From contig CM022679.1 of NCBI GenBank assembly GCA_012295275.1, positions 8,122,001-8,186,000 of the forward strand: DNA of 64,000 nucleotides, in the 5' to 3' direction. Of this stretch, positions 48,753-64,000 are shown in pieces. The DNA comes from Chrysomallon squamiferum (Eukaryota > Animalia > Mollusca). Under the pieces are notes generated by a model that saw only the letters and a list, made by a program, of their open reading frames with translations, ran no database searches and had not been told where the DNA came from. Each line of letters opens with the position of its first letter. Positions within the stretch are counted from its first letter, which is position 1. A program made the position numbers and the translations under genes.

Positions 48753-49093
48753 TTGTAATTATTCCAGTGTTTTAGCCAAGAGAGAGAAGTTTCAATGAAA
48801 ATTTGGTTGTTTTTCAAGGAAAGGTAAAAAAAAATAATCACGCGATGAAAATGCTTCTTTATTACTTTAATGGTTGAGTGGTCATCACTATAATCAGCAT
48901 TTACACACAAGTCTGAGTTGATTCAAATCTTAATGAAGAATTTTTCTATGAGACATGGAATTTGGGACACACTGTTGGTTCACAATGGATTAATTGCCGC
49001 ATCTTTTATTTTATTCTTTATAATTATAACAGGCAAAGTGTGAAGAAAGTGAATATATGTACATATTTGATGAAACTATTATTATTATTATTA

Positions 49094-49136
<43 letters not shown>

Positions 49137-49595
49137 TTTTTGGTTTAGTCATATTCGGATTCTAACAGAAAATCAAGCCTGTGCATAAATATTAAATAAT
49201 CACCTAATGGCTTGGACAATTGGAATTCTTACTACTACTTCTACCACTACCACCACAACCGCCACCACAGTTACTACTACTACTACTACTGTTATTGCTG
49301 TGATATATTGTCGGACTTTCAATGCTTCGATTTATTTCTTTGTAATCCGGTTGGATGACGCTTGTCGAACTGGCAAACAAATTTTATCCAACAAAAAAAT
49401 CGATTGTGAACCCTGTTTAAACTTTAAATCGGAGAGCGACAGTTAGCTGCTTAACCTAAACCCACCTGCCTTTATTTCACTCTAGCTGTTTCTGTCTTGC
49501 TGTCTTTCTATGCGTCTTTTAACACTTCTGTAAATATCGCAGATATATATTATTGTAAGGGGATTCCACGCTATCTGTATTAATCTTCTAATCTG

Positions 49596-49694
<99 letters not shown>

Positions 49695-50194
49695 GTCTGT
49701 CTATCTCCGTCTGTCTGTCTTTCTATCTATTTCTCTATCTCTCTATCTGTATGTCTATCTAACAATCTGTCAGTCAGTCTGTGTGCCTATCTGTCTGTCT
49801 ATCTCTCTGTCTTTATCTCATTCTCCCTCTGTGTCTTTCTCCTTCTCTCTATCTGTCTGTTTCTGTCTCTGTCTCTCCTCCCTTTGTGAAAACTCCTCTA
49901 ATGTGATTTACTTCCGAACATGAGAGGATCAGCCCGCCAGTGTGTGAACTAGAGATGGGGTCACAACCTGTCACTGCACACTGCAGCGCTCTGCACACCG
50001 GGTTACCTGTATGCTGCATGTAAAAGCGCTGACTGAAAACCACAGCCAATAAAACTGACAAGTCAGGCATGAAGAAAAATTCAATCAACTGTTCAATAAA
50101 CGACTCGGGAACACTTTATTATGGGTGTAGTCTGTTTAACGCTCAAGGCGAGCCGAGAGTGCTGTTGTTATGTTACAAGTGTGTCTCTTTTTTC

Positions 50195-50233
<39 letters not shown>

Positions 50234-50612
50234 CTCTTTCTCACATTATTCGCATTTGCTCGTTCGTGAATAGTTGAATATCAATAAAGTGTGTTGTTAT
50301 ATTCCACGATCATTCTGAGGAGTATATATATATATATTCGTGTGTCTGTCTTTAATTTATATTACAGAACCATCAACGATTCTTTCAAATGACTAAAACC
50401 TAATTTTATATATTGTCTGATTAATTGACAGAATACACCACACCATATCGTGAGCACATCAGAAACAAATACAAATTCATTACATACGAACCAGTAATAT
50501 CAATACATTCAGGTCCGGACCCTGAATAAAATCCTTGGGAAGGGGAGTTGTTATAAATATTTTATAGCAACCATATGGAGGCCAGAACTGAAAAAAACAT
50601 TGTTTCGAAGAT

Positions 50613-50689
<77 letters not shown>

Positions 50690-52702
50690 GGGTTGAATTC
50701 GGTGACTTGGTTTTGTAAATATTTCAGCTTTGTGGTGTGTATCAATTTACATACAGTAGTCTAAAAGTACTGAAGTTCGTATGATCATAAAATACATTTA
50801 TTAAGATTTTAAACCAGAAAACCTGCCATATTATAAAAAAAAAAAAGCAAATAACGTAAATTACATTAAGCAGAAGCCGTAATTTTTTTCGCGCTTTCAG
50901 TAATTTTTTAACTTTTTAACTTTTATTTATTTATTTTTATATTTATTTTATTATTTTATTTTATTTTTTTTTTTTTTTTTTTTTATACTTATCAGTTTTA
51001 TAGCGCCATATGCAAAACATAAAGGAGTTACTGTTTACTAAATGAAATCAACAACATTTGCATTGAAAACATTGTGATACATCAAGACCAGAAGACCGTT
51101 GCATTTGTTCCTCGGGGAGTCAGTCTTGCAGTTTTGATTTAATTCTTCAACCGGCTAAATGAAATGATCCAGCTGCAGTCCGAGAGTTAACGAAATAGTC
51201 CGAATGAAAACCGAGATAAGACGTAAACACCCGATGACTGCCGATTTTCTCTGACTTTCATCATCGTTCGCCAGGCTGCTGCAAATGTTTATTGCCGTCC
51301 TCCGCAGGCTTGAATGTAATATGTGTCTTTCGTGTCAGCGACAGGTGCAATCGATAAAAGGTTGTTCACGGTAAATGGATCGGCGTATTTGTGTGTAGTC
51401 AACCAGTAAGGCTATTTGTTACAGGCTTGGGCCAAAGTGCAAAACTCTTACATCAGAGTTGATGAAGACAATGAACCAAAATGAAATAAATAAATAAATA
51501 AATAAATAAATAAATTTTTTAAATTCCAAAACAAACTAAACAAGATAAAACAACAACAGTAACAACAACAGCAACAACAACGACAATAATAAATAAATAA
51601 ATAATAAATAAAATAAGCAAAAAAAATACAGTATTTTTAAGTTTCTTCAAGAACTTAAAGCACTGTAATCTGATCTTGCGACTGTAAATGGTAACAGAAA
51701 ATGAAGACAGACAGCAGGTTAAAACCAATGCAGAGTTCTTCAAAATCTCTCGACTAGAAGGCTAAAACACTTTTTCCAGTTACTTCCAGTCCCTTGTGTC
51801 TATTAAGTAATAAATCCCGCAATGGTTCTGAAATGAGGTAAGGCTCTAAATTGACTGGCAAAAATTTATATGGACAGAGAAGGGCTGTTAACAAGATTTA
51901 TGTATTAACTAGTTTCTGTATTAACCAGATTTGTATTCTTTTAGATCCTAAAACTTTAGTGTGAAGAAGAAGAAGAAGAAAAAGAAGAAGAAGAAGAAGA
52001 AGAAGAAGAAAACGTTTTGACTTTATATTCTACACCGAATTCCGTTTGATTTTTACTTTGTGTGTGTTTATATGCACCATAAGTATAGTGAAAAATCATA
52101 AATGCATCTCTGACTTTGGATTTTGGGAATATTCTGATAGAATATATAAATAAATAAATAAATTAATTAATTAATAATTTTCATTTTACTTTTCTAAACA
52201 ACGAAACAGCTAGCCAAGTAACGTCGTAAAAATATACGAGTAACCTTCAGGATTTAGCTGGATCTTATCCAAATAAACTCAGTGTTTCCAACCTCTTTTG
52301 GGCCGTGCCCCACCTCAAAAATCCGAGGTCAAACGAATTCTGAAAAACGCTTAGAATGTGCAAGACACGTGTTCATTCACATATTTCGTTAGACGAAGTC
52401 AAAGTCTATTCAACAGTTTACTTATTTTTGTACGGCAGGATTTCTTGACCATCGACAGAAATGATTTGTTCTTAATAAGTCGTATTGAAATTGTCTCCCC
52501 TCGCTATTGAAACTGCCATCATGTTTACACATCATCACACTGGGAACCAGAGAAATAAACGAAAGACTTAGGATGACAGACAAGTGATAAACACGTGCTC
52601 GGGCATTTTCTGAAATGCGCATTATAATTATCTTGTTTGTTTTCTTGTTGCTTTTTCCTCTTTAATTATCGTCTGTCTTATCAGTTAAGAAGAATCACTT
52701 AC

Positions 52703-52754
52703 CGTCTGGCGCCAAAACAATCAACTCCCCAACGTTTCTTTTGTTTTGATTCAT
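52703..52754 (-). CDS. Candidate first coding exon of an unidentified minus-strand gene: MNQNKRNVGELIVLAPD
   Basis: GTAA-ATG start, open 17 codons, consensus donor CG|GTAAGT at 52702-52697. Phase 1 is compatible with the 12-nt microexon. Confidence 0.35.
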
Positions 52755-53971
52755 TTACTGAATTTCTCTGTTTCTCGTACGCGCACTGCACCCACACATA
52801 CATACATACACGTGCACGCATTCGTAGACAGAATGTGTGTGTATCCTGTTTCTCTCTCGATGAACGATTCTTTAAAGTAACACACCGAAAGCCCACGTTC
52901 AAGTTCCGCATTCGTGTCTTAGCGAATAACAATATATCTATAACCATCTCGTTAGACAATGTTTACATTTTACCAAGACAAAATTTCTTTTATCTGCATA
53001 ACAAAACTGAAAAAAAAAAATATATATATATATATATATAGAATACTTGTAAGGATTTAAAATAATCTGAAACAACCAAAATCTACGTTACAATCCCTTT
53101 AAATACATTTACTATTTTGGTCTTTTTATATCATTGTTATCTTAGACATCTTTACAGCATAACTGAGGAAGTAAAATCTGACATATTCTGGAGATAACTC
53201 TTTCTTTGCTATATTTTCTTTCCGTTTAGTGTGCCAAGTGTCTACAGAGAATTACTTACGACTAACTGATAACTAAATGATTTCGATTTTAATTTTTTTT
53301 AAATGTGACAGTTATTTTTGTTTTGTTTTATGTTATTTCATGCTGATACCAAAACTGATTTCAATGCGTTATCTTTCTTTTCCTCATTTCAAAATAAAAG
53401 AACAGATATGTCTGTTGAGAAAGTAATTTGTGTACGGAAAGTCAGAAAAACAGACGGGTGGATATTGTGTATGTCTAAGTAGTAATTATTTTGTAATATG
53501 AAATTAAACTGAAAAATTACTTCACGTTAATAAATAAATAAATAAATAAATAGAAGTAAATAAATAAATAAATATGAAGTTAATAAATCATTTATTACTG
53601 TTATTAATCGCATGATGAAATAAACTTCACTGGTTGGTTCTTTAGTTAAATACATTTTTTATGTTACTGTTTCTTTTCTTTTGCTGCGCAAAAAAAAAAA
53701 TAAAAAAATAAAATAAAAATTAATAAAAAAAAAAATAAAAAAGAAGTCTGGAAACATTTTATTTTAATTTATTTTAAAGAAAATCATTAAAGTGACGGAG
53801 GCAAGGACCCGTGGATCATTGATTTCAAGCTGAAATGATGTTCATTATTAAAAAAAATAATAATAATAAATAAAGAGGATTGGTCGGCGAATAACTGGTT
53901 TTTTATTTATTATATTTATTATTATTGTTATTGTTAATGGCTGTTTTTGTTAGTTATTGTTATTGTTGTTG

Positions 53972-54014
<43 letters not shown>

Positions 54015-54952
54015 CATCATCATCATTTTATTAGGGGCATTCTTTACATTTCCTTATCTAAACGTATTACGTAATATTCATAATGTGATGGAAAGCACCG
54101 CCAACAACACAAAATTTAACCACAAACAAAACAACAAAGGAAAGAGGATGACCAGTGCTTGATACGAATTCATCTGCCATTGCCCTTGTATATTTATATC
54201 AAAAAATCTATTTTCGGAATCAGCCTTTTCCCATCTATAACCTCTAACCATCAACACAATGTAATTGAATTGCATGTAGACAGATCGGTACCAGAATCCC
54301 ATAATATAGCACCATTAGCCAGCACGCGATCAATACACACCACGCGTACTGGCTGTTGTCAATTTTCACAACTCTTCTGCCACCATCCATTAGAGCGCGT
54401 CACGGGGTTTTTGCGCGCGACACTGGCACGCGCCTCGTAAACAACGAGGCTCGGCGGCGGTCGCGAATTTTCTGAAATACGCAGAGTAAACAAAACAATA
54501 AGCAAGATTCCGCACACCGATATGCATTGATTTTTTTTTTTTTCCTACACTTGCGTGTGCATTGAAGTGAAACCTCTCTACAGAACTCGTGGAATCGGCC
54601 AGTTACGTCGGCAACTAACAGAACATCAATAAGGAAACAGCACGAACACATGTTCGTGATGCTGTTAGACCTCCGTATGCCAGCCAGACAGTGTAAACAG
54701 CAGCGGCAAAGGCAGACGTTAAAAATGTCTCGGCTGAGAAAGGTTGTGATGACGGGAGAGGAGTGGAGGAGGGGGGAGATGGTGGAGTTTGCTTGGATCC
54801 AAACACGCACAGTGTGGTTTAAAGCCAGGCAAACAAAAGATTAATTAAATTAGATAAGCTAATAATACATAAAAGCATTCACACAAGCATTTAAAGCTTC
54901 ATCTTTTAAAAATTTGTTCATTTATTAATTGTTGTTGTTGTTGTTGTTGTTG

Positions 54953-54994
<42 letters not shown>

Positions 54995-55150
54995 TGACAT
55001 TTATGTGTATACTATAATTATATCTCACGGTCTTTGATAAACGACTATAGGGGTACTTATATGGAAAATAATGGGAAATAAAATGGCAACTAGGAAAAAA
55101 CCAACAGCACCAAAACCGTCTTCTTCATCAAAACCACAACCACCCAAAAC

Positions 55151-55189
<39 letters not shown>

Positions 55190-55868
55190 AGCCAATAATG
55201 TAACCCCAAAATTAATCAGCTGCGCATATTTGGCCATTAACCAACATTAATCGACAACACAGCAGTTTGGATTGTATAACTGTTTATGTCTCTTATTGTA
55301 ATTTGTATCGATCAACATATTTTATTAAATAGCTTTAAAATGAATAGATATAACAAGCTGAGTTTATTGTTTGGTAGGTAGAAATGTCAGCAATATAACG
55401 TTACGTAATTGCAGAAATTAGTACGATACAAATATTACATGTAGAGTGTCCTCTTGCACATTCTTTTCTTTTATTAATGTATTTGTTTGTTATTATTTAT
55501 TTATTTATTTTTGCAGAGCGTATTTGTTCATTTCCTTCTTTATCCTTCTTTCTTTGTTTATTACTGTTGTTGCTTGTGTGTTTGTTGTATTTTTTCATAG
55601 TGTGTTTTATCTGTAGAATAAAAGATGAACTAAGATTCTTCGGTTTATTTAATTAAATAAGCATTGTGTACTGAAGAAATGTTTCTCCAAGGTGCTAAAA
55701 ACATTACTGCATCGTCTGACTTCCGCTTAAATTTATATTTTTTTTATTTTTTATTTTTTATTTTTTTATAAATCAAAAAGAGCAGTCGCCTCTTCTTTTA
55801 GTTAGTTATAAGTGGCAAACTTATCTCCTAAATTTGAAAATAAAACTTCTTTTTATTTCTTAAAAATA

Positions 55869-55907
<39 letters not shown>

Positions 55908-56263
55908 TCATTGTTGTTTGTTTGTTATGTTTATCTTCATTTCATCATTTGATTACCTGTGCAAAAAAAAGTAGACTTCTTTGATTTATTTAATTAAAAA
56001 GCCAATTATTGCTGAACAAACCATTCAAGGTGCTAAAAACATCAATGAATTTCATTCACAAATCATGTTGATATATTTAAGACTTGATTCTGAAAAAGAC
56101 ATTAGCTACTTTATTAAACAGTATTTTTCAAATGCAAAAAAAAAAGAAAAAGGTCTTTGAACTCTTGGATTCTTAAGCTTATTTAGTTATATAAGTAAAT
56201 CATCTTCGACAAAAGAAACTTACTTTTATTTGTGTTTCCTAACAAATAATAATAATAATAATA

Positions 56264-56304
<41 letters not shown>

Positions 56305-58631
56305 TTATGATGATGATAAATAAATAAATTGTCCTAGGAGTTGATTTGTCCAAATTTTTGCACAGATAAAAACATCACAATCTGTTCTTCCTTTGCTCCT
56401 AAATTTTCTCACTGTTTTGTCCGAAACTTAGAGTGCAGCTGTCCTCAATACACCCCACCCTCTATCACCAGCATTCTATGCCCTCGCGTGTAAATTTCTA
56501 GTTTCACCGCAGTCTTAAGAACAAAATTATGATTCTGTATCCACAAAAGAATACTGTGGGTTTACAGGCAAGATTTATGCCATTGTTTAATAAACTGAGG
56601 TTTATCTCGTTAGCAGTACTTCATTGATTTTATCACCTTTTGTGAACAGAAAACAACAGTCACGTTTTCTTTTAACATCTACGTATAAGTTGACAAATAC
56701 AAGATGTATGTCTTAGATTTACATCTGGGTCTTAATTATTATTATTATCATCACGTGATTATTATTATTATTATCATTTTTTTATTATTATTATTTTTTT
56801 TTTTTTTTTTTTTACCATTCGTAAATACATAATATAATAATATATGTGTGCATTTTGTATTTTGAATCCGCCAGTCTTTATAAATAAAACGTGTGTGTTT
56901 TTAGATATGTATGTGCGTGAGTGTGTGTGATTTTTTTCTTACTCAGTGAAGAACAGACCGTTCTGTTGTAAAATGTATCGCGTGATACTGTTGAGACAGT
57001 TAATACGTCTGAGCAGAGAGCAGTCTTGCCATAGTTCTCGCCTTGGTCGTAGTTCTGTCAGCCATAGCCCGCATTCTTCATTGTACGTAGTAAAGTGTTG
57101 GGTTTTTTTTCACTAACCCTCCACCTCCTTCTCATGTGGATATTCTTGTTTCAAAATATATATATGTTTGTTTTTGGGAGTATTCATTCGTTCATGCATT
57201 CAAAATATAAATAAATAAATAAATAAATTTAAAAATTTTCAAAAATTATCCTTAGGTAAAATCACTGTCTGTTTTCTTTTTTTCTTTTAATTTGTTTTTT
57301 AATTTTTAATTTTATTGTTTGTTTGGGATTTTCTTGTGGGGTAGGGTTTCTTTAATTATTTTTTATTATTATTTATTTATTTCATTTTATTTCATTATTA
57401 TTTTTTTTTTATCTTCTAGAATAATGGTCTCGATGACAGTTGAAACAGTAAACACACTTAGATATCTTTCGTTTGTGGTGTACGTATGTGTGTGTGTGTG
57501 TGTGTGTGGTTCTAGGGGTATTGAATGACGTGGTATAAAAACCACAGCCAATGGCAATTTCTTCTTGAAGTGTTTTTACCGTTCGCGAGGTTAGAATGAC
57601 ACTGAAATAGGTTGTAGCTAATAATTAATGGTTCAGGATCGGTGAGTCCATTCACAGTCGATAAGCTTTTACATTTTTTTTTTTTTTTTACCATTACTGT
57701 TACAAGTCCAGTTTGTCGTAACGTTTTGTAATTCAGATTCTGAAAATTATGAACACAGAGAGATATAAAGAATGAGCAACAGAAAAACTGCAGAATGAGA
57801 TATATATGCCCGCGCACTCACGCGCATTCATATGCATACACACACACGCATACAGAGATGGCGACTTTCTATTTTATTTTTTGTTTTTATGTGTATATGT
57901 GTGTGTACATGTTTGTTTGTTTGTTGTTATTTTCTGCAGGGTTTTGTTGTCGTTGTTGTTTCGTTGTTTTGTTTTGTTTCGTTTTATTCAATTCATTTTA
58001 CCACAAGTCATTTTAAATTCGTAAACCTTAAACCCAATATGATTAGGTCAGATACTAGGCTAGGCGTGGTTCTTGATTCTTGTTTTTTTTTCACATACGT
58101 ATTACAACAATAAAAATAATAGCAATAATAACGATGAAGATGATGCCGATAATGAAGACGATGACGACAATGACAAGAATAATTGTTACGAATTGACATT
58201 TCGTTATGCTTGATCAGTAGCCCAACTCTCCGAGGACTAACAGTCATCAGAACATTGTGTTTATCAATAAATACAAAACGATCGACCTATCAGAAACCAT
58301 TCAGTTATTCTCCCTGTGACCCCCGCTCGCCATGAAGCGAGCGGAAGTTGGTAATTATCTGTTAAATATTCGTGGAGCCGACCGTAAACAATATGACGAA
58401 CAACAGCATTCAGGATTTTGTGTACTTTCATCATGCTTGAAAAACAATAACACGAACAACATGTACTCTATCGAAAGTCGTCTGTGTAAGCCAAGAATGT
58501 GCCAAAAAGTCCTCAAGGCTAACGTAGCTAATGCTGTTAAATCCTGGCTGGGGATTTGCCAGAATATAGCTATAGGTGTGATCAAATGTGTTTATAGCTA
58601 GGACAACAGTAAAGCCGAAACCGTAATAGTA

Positions 58632-58687
<56 letters not shown>

Positions 58688-58818
58688 TTATATTATTATT
58701 ATTATTATTATTACTATTATTATTATTATTATTAAGTTTATTAGTAATAGTTATTTCTTGAAATTATACACAATAATACTAATAAATTATTACAAATGTC
58801 TTCTATTTAATGAATGTT

Positions 58819-58918
<100 letters not shown>

Positions 58919-59263
58919 ATAAACATACTATTTTTTTATAACACTGTGTTAAGTGGATTTTTTTTTTCATTCTTTTCCATGTCGAAATTAGTTATGAATT
59001 ATTAAACACCAAGTTCTTTTTTTAATTTGTTTGATATTTGCTTTCAACATACATCTTAATCAGTGAGCCTAAAGAATGAGTGCTGATGAGAAAAATATGT
59101 GTTCCTTTTGGGTTATCTCCCAGTAATAGTACTTTCCTCGTTTGAGAAAACAAAATAATCTATTTACAAAGAACAAATAACAGTAATAGCAATAATATAT
59201 ATACGTATGTCTATGTTGATGGTTTCAGGTTTTTCGATTGTTCGTTGTGGTCTCCTATAATAT

Positions 59264-59312
<49 letters not shown>

Positions 59313-59375
59313 AATATATAATAAATTTATAAAAACAAAAACAACAACCAACCAAACAAACAAACAAACAGCAAA

Positions 59376-59407
<32 letters not shown>

Positions 59408-60836
59408 ACCCTAACCAATCATATAAAACAGAAAAAAAGGACAGCTGATGTCAGCTATTAAATCAAACTTCTTATGACTAATGTGGTATTTTTTTCACGG
59501 CGTCTTCCGACATGACAACGTCAGTTGACGGAATCTGTGCCAGAGAGCAACATTCTGGGGCAATAAAAAAAAAAAAAAAGCAACAACACAATGCACATTC
59601 TAGCTTCTTATATTTCAGTATTAGTTATATGAATGTGATCTGAGACCACAACGAAGCAATCGAAAAACCTGAAACCATCGACATAGACAGATATATATAT
59701 ATATATAACTGACATCTGCTTGCCGGAAATAATCAACGGAAAAGACGTGGGATAGACCATTGGAGGGAGACTGGCGCGTACACGTAAGAAAGACCAAACC
59801 AAGAGAGCGACAGTGTGCCTCTACAGTGGCGAGTGCAGATCAAGGAGACCTGAAAACTCAGTCGATATTAAGTGTAATCCTGTTACAAAGCCGAGCGCCC
59901 TATTAATGAAGAACAGTGGCCCAAGCTTCCATCACACTACAGCGCATATTACAATGTAATCCTCGGACAAAACTGACTAGTATAGATCTTTTTGTGCGCT
60001 TTCACGCCTGTTGCTAAATGCAATGAGGCGGATTGAGTAATCGGGCAGCTGGACATAGCTCTGTGGTCATGCAAGGCCATCTTGGGTTCAGCTGAAAGGA
60101 GTATGAAATTTGATTAAGAAAATCGGTTGCAACTGCGTCGTGCTAAAGCTATGTAAAACGCAAACCATATTTTTGCCCTCGGAATTAATTATATTGGTTT
60201 GAAAAGCGTGATCACACACATCCAGAGAGATACTCATAAACACACACAGAGACACACGCAAAACACACACACACACACACACAGATACTCATAGACACAC
60301 ACAAACACCTACACACCTAAACACACACACACACACAAAGAGACAGATGTACATAAACATATGCCCCTTTTTTTTTTTTTTTTTTTTTTTTTTCAGTTTT
60401 TGATCTCTCATAAAGTTTTGAAGTAGCAGTATAACAACTGATGTCGGTATTTTATAGAAAACTGGGTTTTTGTGTTTACTGACTGTATATCGAAAACTGT
60501 TTTTTTTTTTTTTTTTGTTTGTTGTTGTGACCGTTGATGGTTGCAATGGTTTTAGTGTTGTTATCACTTTGTTGTCGTTTTACGGTATAAGTTGGAATTA
60601 ATTAAAAAAAATTAATTTTTATATTAGATAAAACGGTGTTAGAAAGTTGGTTTCATCCAACTGAAACAAAAGTCTCAATATTTCTAGTTATGTTCTGATT
60701 GGTATGTATGTGTATGCGCATGCGCGCGCACACACACTCACACACATCAGTTTTGTTCCTGCTGCTGTTTTGACTTCATATAAAAAAGCGTTTTATAATC
60801 TAACTGCAATTTCTTTGACGAAGTTAAAAATAATTA

Positions 60837-60898
<62 letters not shown>

Positions 60899-61311
60899 GA
60901 TGGGTTATAAAAAGACTCAAACGAAAATGAATAAACAAATTATATATTTATGTATGTATGTATGTATGCCTAGAATATGTACATGTATGTACGTGTGTAT
61001 GTGTATGTGTCTTTCCGGTTACTTTACTTTAACAGAGGATAGAGAACGCAGTCAACGAGATAAAAAATTCAAACGCACTTTCAAAACAAGCATGAAAATA
61101 AAATGTTACCTAATCCTATTACTAGTTATGTAACTTAATTTCAGCTGAGTTTACAAGTTCTTGGGTTTCTGCCTACGATATTTCTTACTTATTGGCTATT
61201 AACCTGAAAATACATGTAAAACCAATCGATTTTAACATTATGTAAAGCTATAATTTATTCACAAACAGATTTTTTATTTTGTTACTTTTTATTTATTTAT
61301 TTATTTATTTA

Positions 61312-61373
<62 letters not shown>

Positions 61374-64000
61374 GTTATGTTCTCAGTAATAATAAAATAA
61401 TCATATAAGTTATTATCAAAATATCTAGCTCATATACACAATTTATTTATTTACTTATTGTTATAAAAGTTATTATTATTATTTTTTTTTTTTTTTAATA
61501 AAATGCTAGTTTTAAAAAGATATTTTCTTTTCTTTTCACTTTCTTCTTCTTGATTATCTAACTGATCTTAGTGATGTTTGTTATTGTTTATTTATTTTGA
61601 CAAAAACAGACTGTATAAAATTGAATATTGTTTAATTTTGTTTTTCTGTTTACTGCTACTAATACCGTTGCTGTTATTATTATTATTATTTATTTTTTTA
61701 ATTATTATTTTTATTATGGTCCGAAAAAATAACACTTATTTATATGTGAGACTTTATCGGTTGGTATGGACTTCTGATTCCCTGGGCGATGGCAAGGTTG
61801 CGCAAAATACTGCGCAGAAAATATCTTGCAAATGCAAATACGATGTTGTGAACGCCATCTTGAATTAGAATCTCGAAAGTGGTTGGGTTTATCGGTGAAG
61901 TATCACATCAACGGAGTGCCATCGAGGGCACCCTCTCCCTTTTATTGTAATTGGTGGGCCTCAAGATGGCTACGACCGATGGTAAGATGTCAACAACGGA
62001 GAGGGTGGTAAAAAGTAAGTTGATGAACGCCAAGAACCTTGGCCGTTCCATTTCCTCTTAGTAATGTCGGCCATTATCATAAGCATAAACGCAAGGAAAC
62101 CAGTCTGTCATATTTTAGCTAGATGACAACAATGTTGATATGCATGATTTTAAGCACATCTAATTTGTTTTGCACCTATGCTTTAGTCACTTGCGCTTTT
62201 AGGTTTTATTTGTTTTCAGATAATGCACCATACACTGGTTATTGTTTTGACAGTTGCGGCTGCACGTCTGACTGACTGACAGCTGATAAAACGAAACGGT
62301 TCATGCATCTTTAGTGTAAAATTCCTAAGCTGATACCTTTATAAATATTCAGAACTTGAAATAAATGGAAATTAATATTATAAAATGTATTGCCAAAGTG
62401 TTCGTAAAAACATATAAATATGTTGATCATTAGAGCAAGTCAAATCAATGTTGCTGAACAAACAGTTTGTCGTTTTTAGAAAACTTGAAAAAGATGTTTT
62501 TTTAAACATTCTAAACAGTTGACCAGAGCGTTACCTGATGTGAATGAAATACATTTGGGGGGTGGGGTAAAATCTTAAATTTAAACTTCAGATATTGGTT
62601 TCCTTACTAGTTTACTGAAACAGGTGCACTGACCAGATGTCGAAATTAGTAAATACATTTTAATGATTTCTAGGATTACATGTTAAATTTTTATAGAGAA
62701 ACTGAATTGTGAATGACAAGAATATTCACTAATATTTTCATTTATTTATATAAATATTAACAGGATGTGAATTCTTGTAAACCTTTTTATAGAAATTAAA
62801 TACATTTGATACTGTAATCCTTAAAATTATAAATCACAATCATTTTAGTGAGAAAAAACAACTTTACATTCATCTTTATAGTGATAAAACAATACAGATC
62901 AATTTGGAAAATGCTTGAAACACTCTACATCATGAATTTACAACACACCTCTCCCCCAAAAATAGAACCTTTTTATATATCACTGAATGGTACCAAGGAA
63001 ATTGAAAATATTCTAAGATGTGCAGAAACTAGTTTCAGGGATGTATACAATACATTAATATTTTGGAAAAGAGTGGACTTCCGGTGGTTCTGAATCAAAG
63101 TGCTCTTAAAAGGAATAATGATATCTACTCCAATATCTTACTTTCAGGATGAAATGTTAAATTACTCTCTGGTATTTACAGATGGACTGTCTTGAAAAAA
63201 ATGCTTCTTGGTTTTTGTTACTTCACATGGATTACAAGTTGAACTTCATTCCTGTTTAATTATATCACTAATAAATTTTAATGAGTAGTTTTAGATACCA
63301 TTAATATATCTATTAAATGTCATTTTAGGACCATTATTTAAAAAAGAAAAGAAAAAAGATAATCTGCATAATAAAAATCAATAACAATTTAAAAACTACA
63401 AAAGTGAGATCACTTAACAATTTTACTGATACATACTAAAAGTGTACATTTAAAGAAAAAAAAGTTATTGAAATACATCCTTAAAAAAAAAAAAAAAAAA
63501 CTACTCAGAGGTACATATAGTGAAAATCCTTGGAACTAAACCAAATAATTTTACATTACTTTGTTTTCTTAAATAAACTTTGCAAAAAAAGAAAAAAAAA
63601 AGAGGGGGATTCACACAATTGGAAAAATAAATTCCTAATTGCTTTGCTCTTCATTGTGATACTTGTTAAATGTACTATTTGGCTGTGAAAAAGAGCTGAA
63701 TCAGATTAATAAGAATCAGTGTTTGAAAAAGGTGAACACAGAATAAAGGGAAAGTGGGTGTCTGCTCCAGTTATTTAATCATTAAAGCTGTTGATTAATC
63801 TCTTAATTGGTATCTGTCAACAGCATAACCATAACTATGTACATGTGCATATTCTGATTAGCTCATGTTTATGCAGTCATGTTACTGGCTGAGTGGATAT
63901 TCAGAGTATTAGTAATGCAGTAATGATTGATGTTGGTGACTGTCAGGTATATCTAAGGTAAAATTTGCATTAAAGAAAACATAATTTCGTCTGATGCAGT

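Noticed and set aside
56945-57085. Possible exon (good + acceptor at 56946 and also a - strand donor)
   Set aside because: Signals conflict between strands. The phase needed to continue the 48310 exon hits a stop, and no recognisable peptide results.

Overview
AT-rich, microsatellite-dense animal (invertebrate, possibly molluscan) genomic DNA. Bases 1-28 kb hold a minus-strand tandem array of five intronless inter-alpha-trypsin inhibitor heavy chain (ITIH)-like genes (signal peptide + VIT + vWA/MIDAS + short hydrophobic, possibly GPI-type tail). They are arranged as A (769-2706), B (7111-9016, 1-nt insertion), A' (14886-16823), B' (21362-23281) and a divergent C copy (25920-27880, 1-nt deletion). 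Three vWA/C-terminal gene fragments and relics of C-type 3' ends lie between them. A/B and A'/B' form a ~14.1-kb tandem duplication. Coding DNA differs more between duplicates than the flanking non-coding DNA does, copies share patchwork tracts, and amino-acid changes cluster on the MIDAS-face loops, even in stop-containing fragments. This suggests a gene-conversion-diversified surface recognition family (inference). Bases 29.9-38.1 kb contain a 9-exon PBLD (PhzF-like) gene on +. A tRNA-Phe(GAA) lies at 43552-43624 (-). The remainder is mostly non-coding, with candidate small exons on both strands (including a canonical 12-nt microexon), promoter/enhancer-like islands and simple repeats. All counts are manual and approximate.
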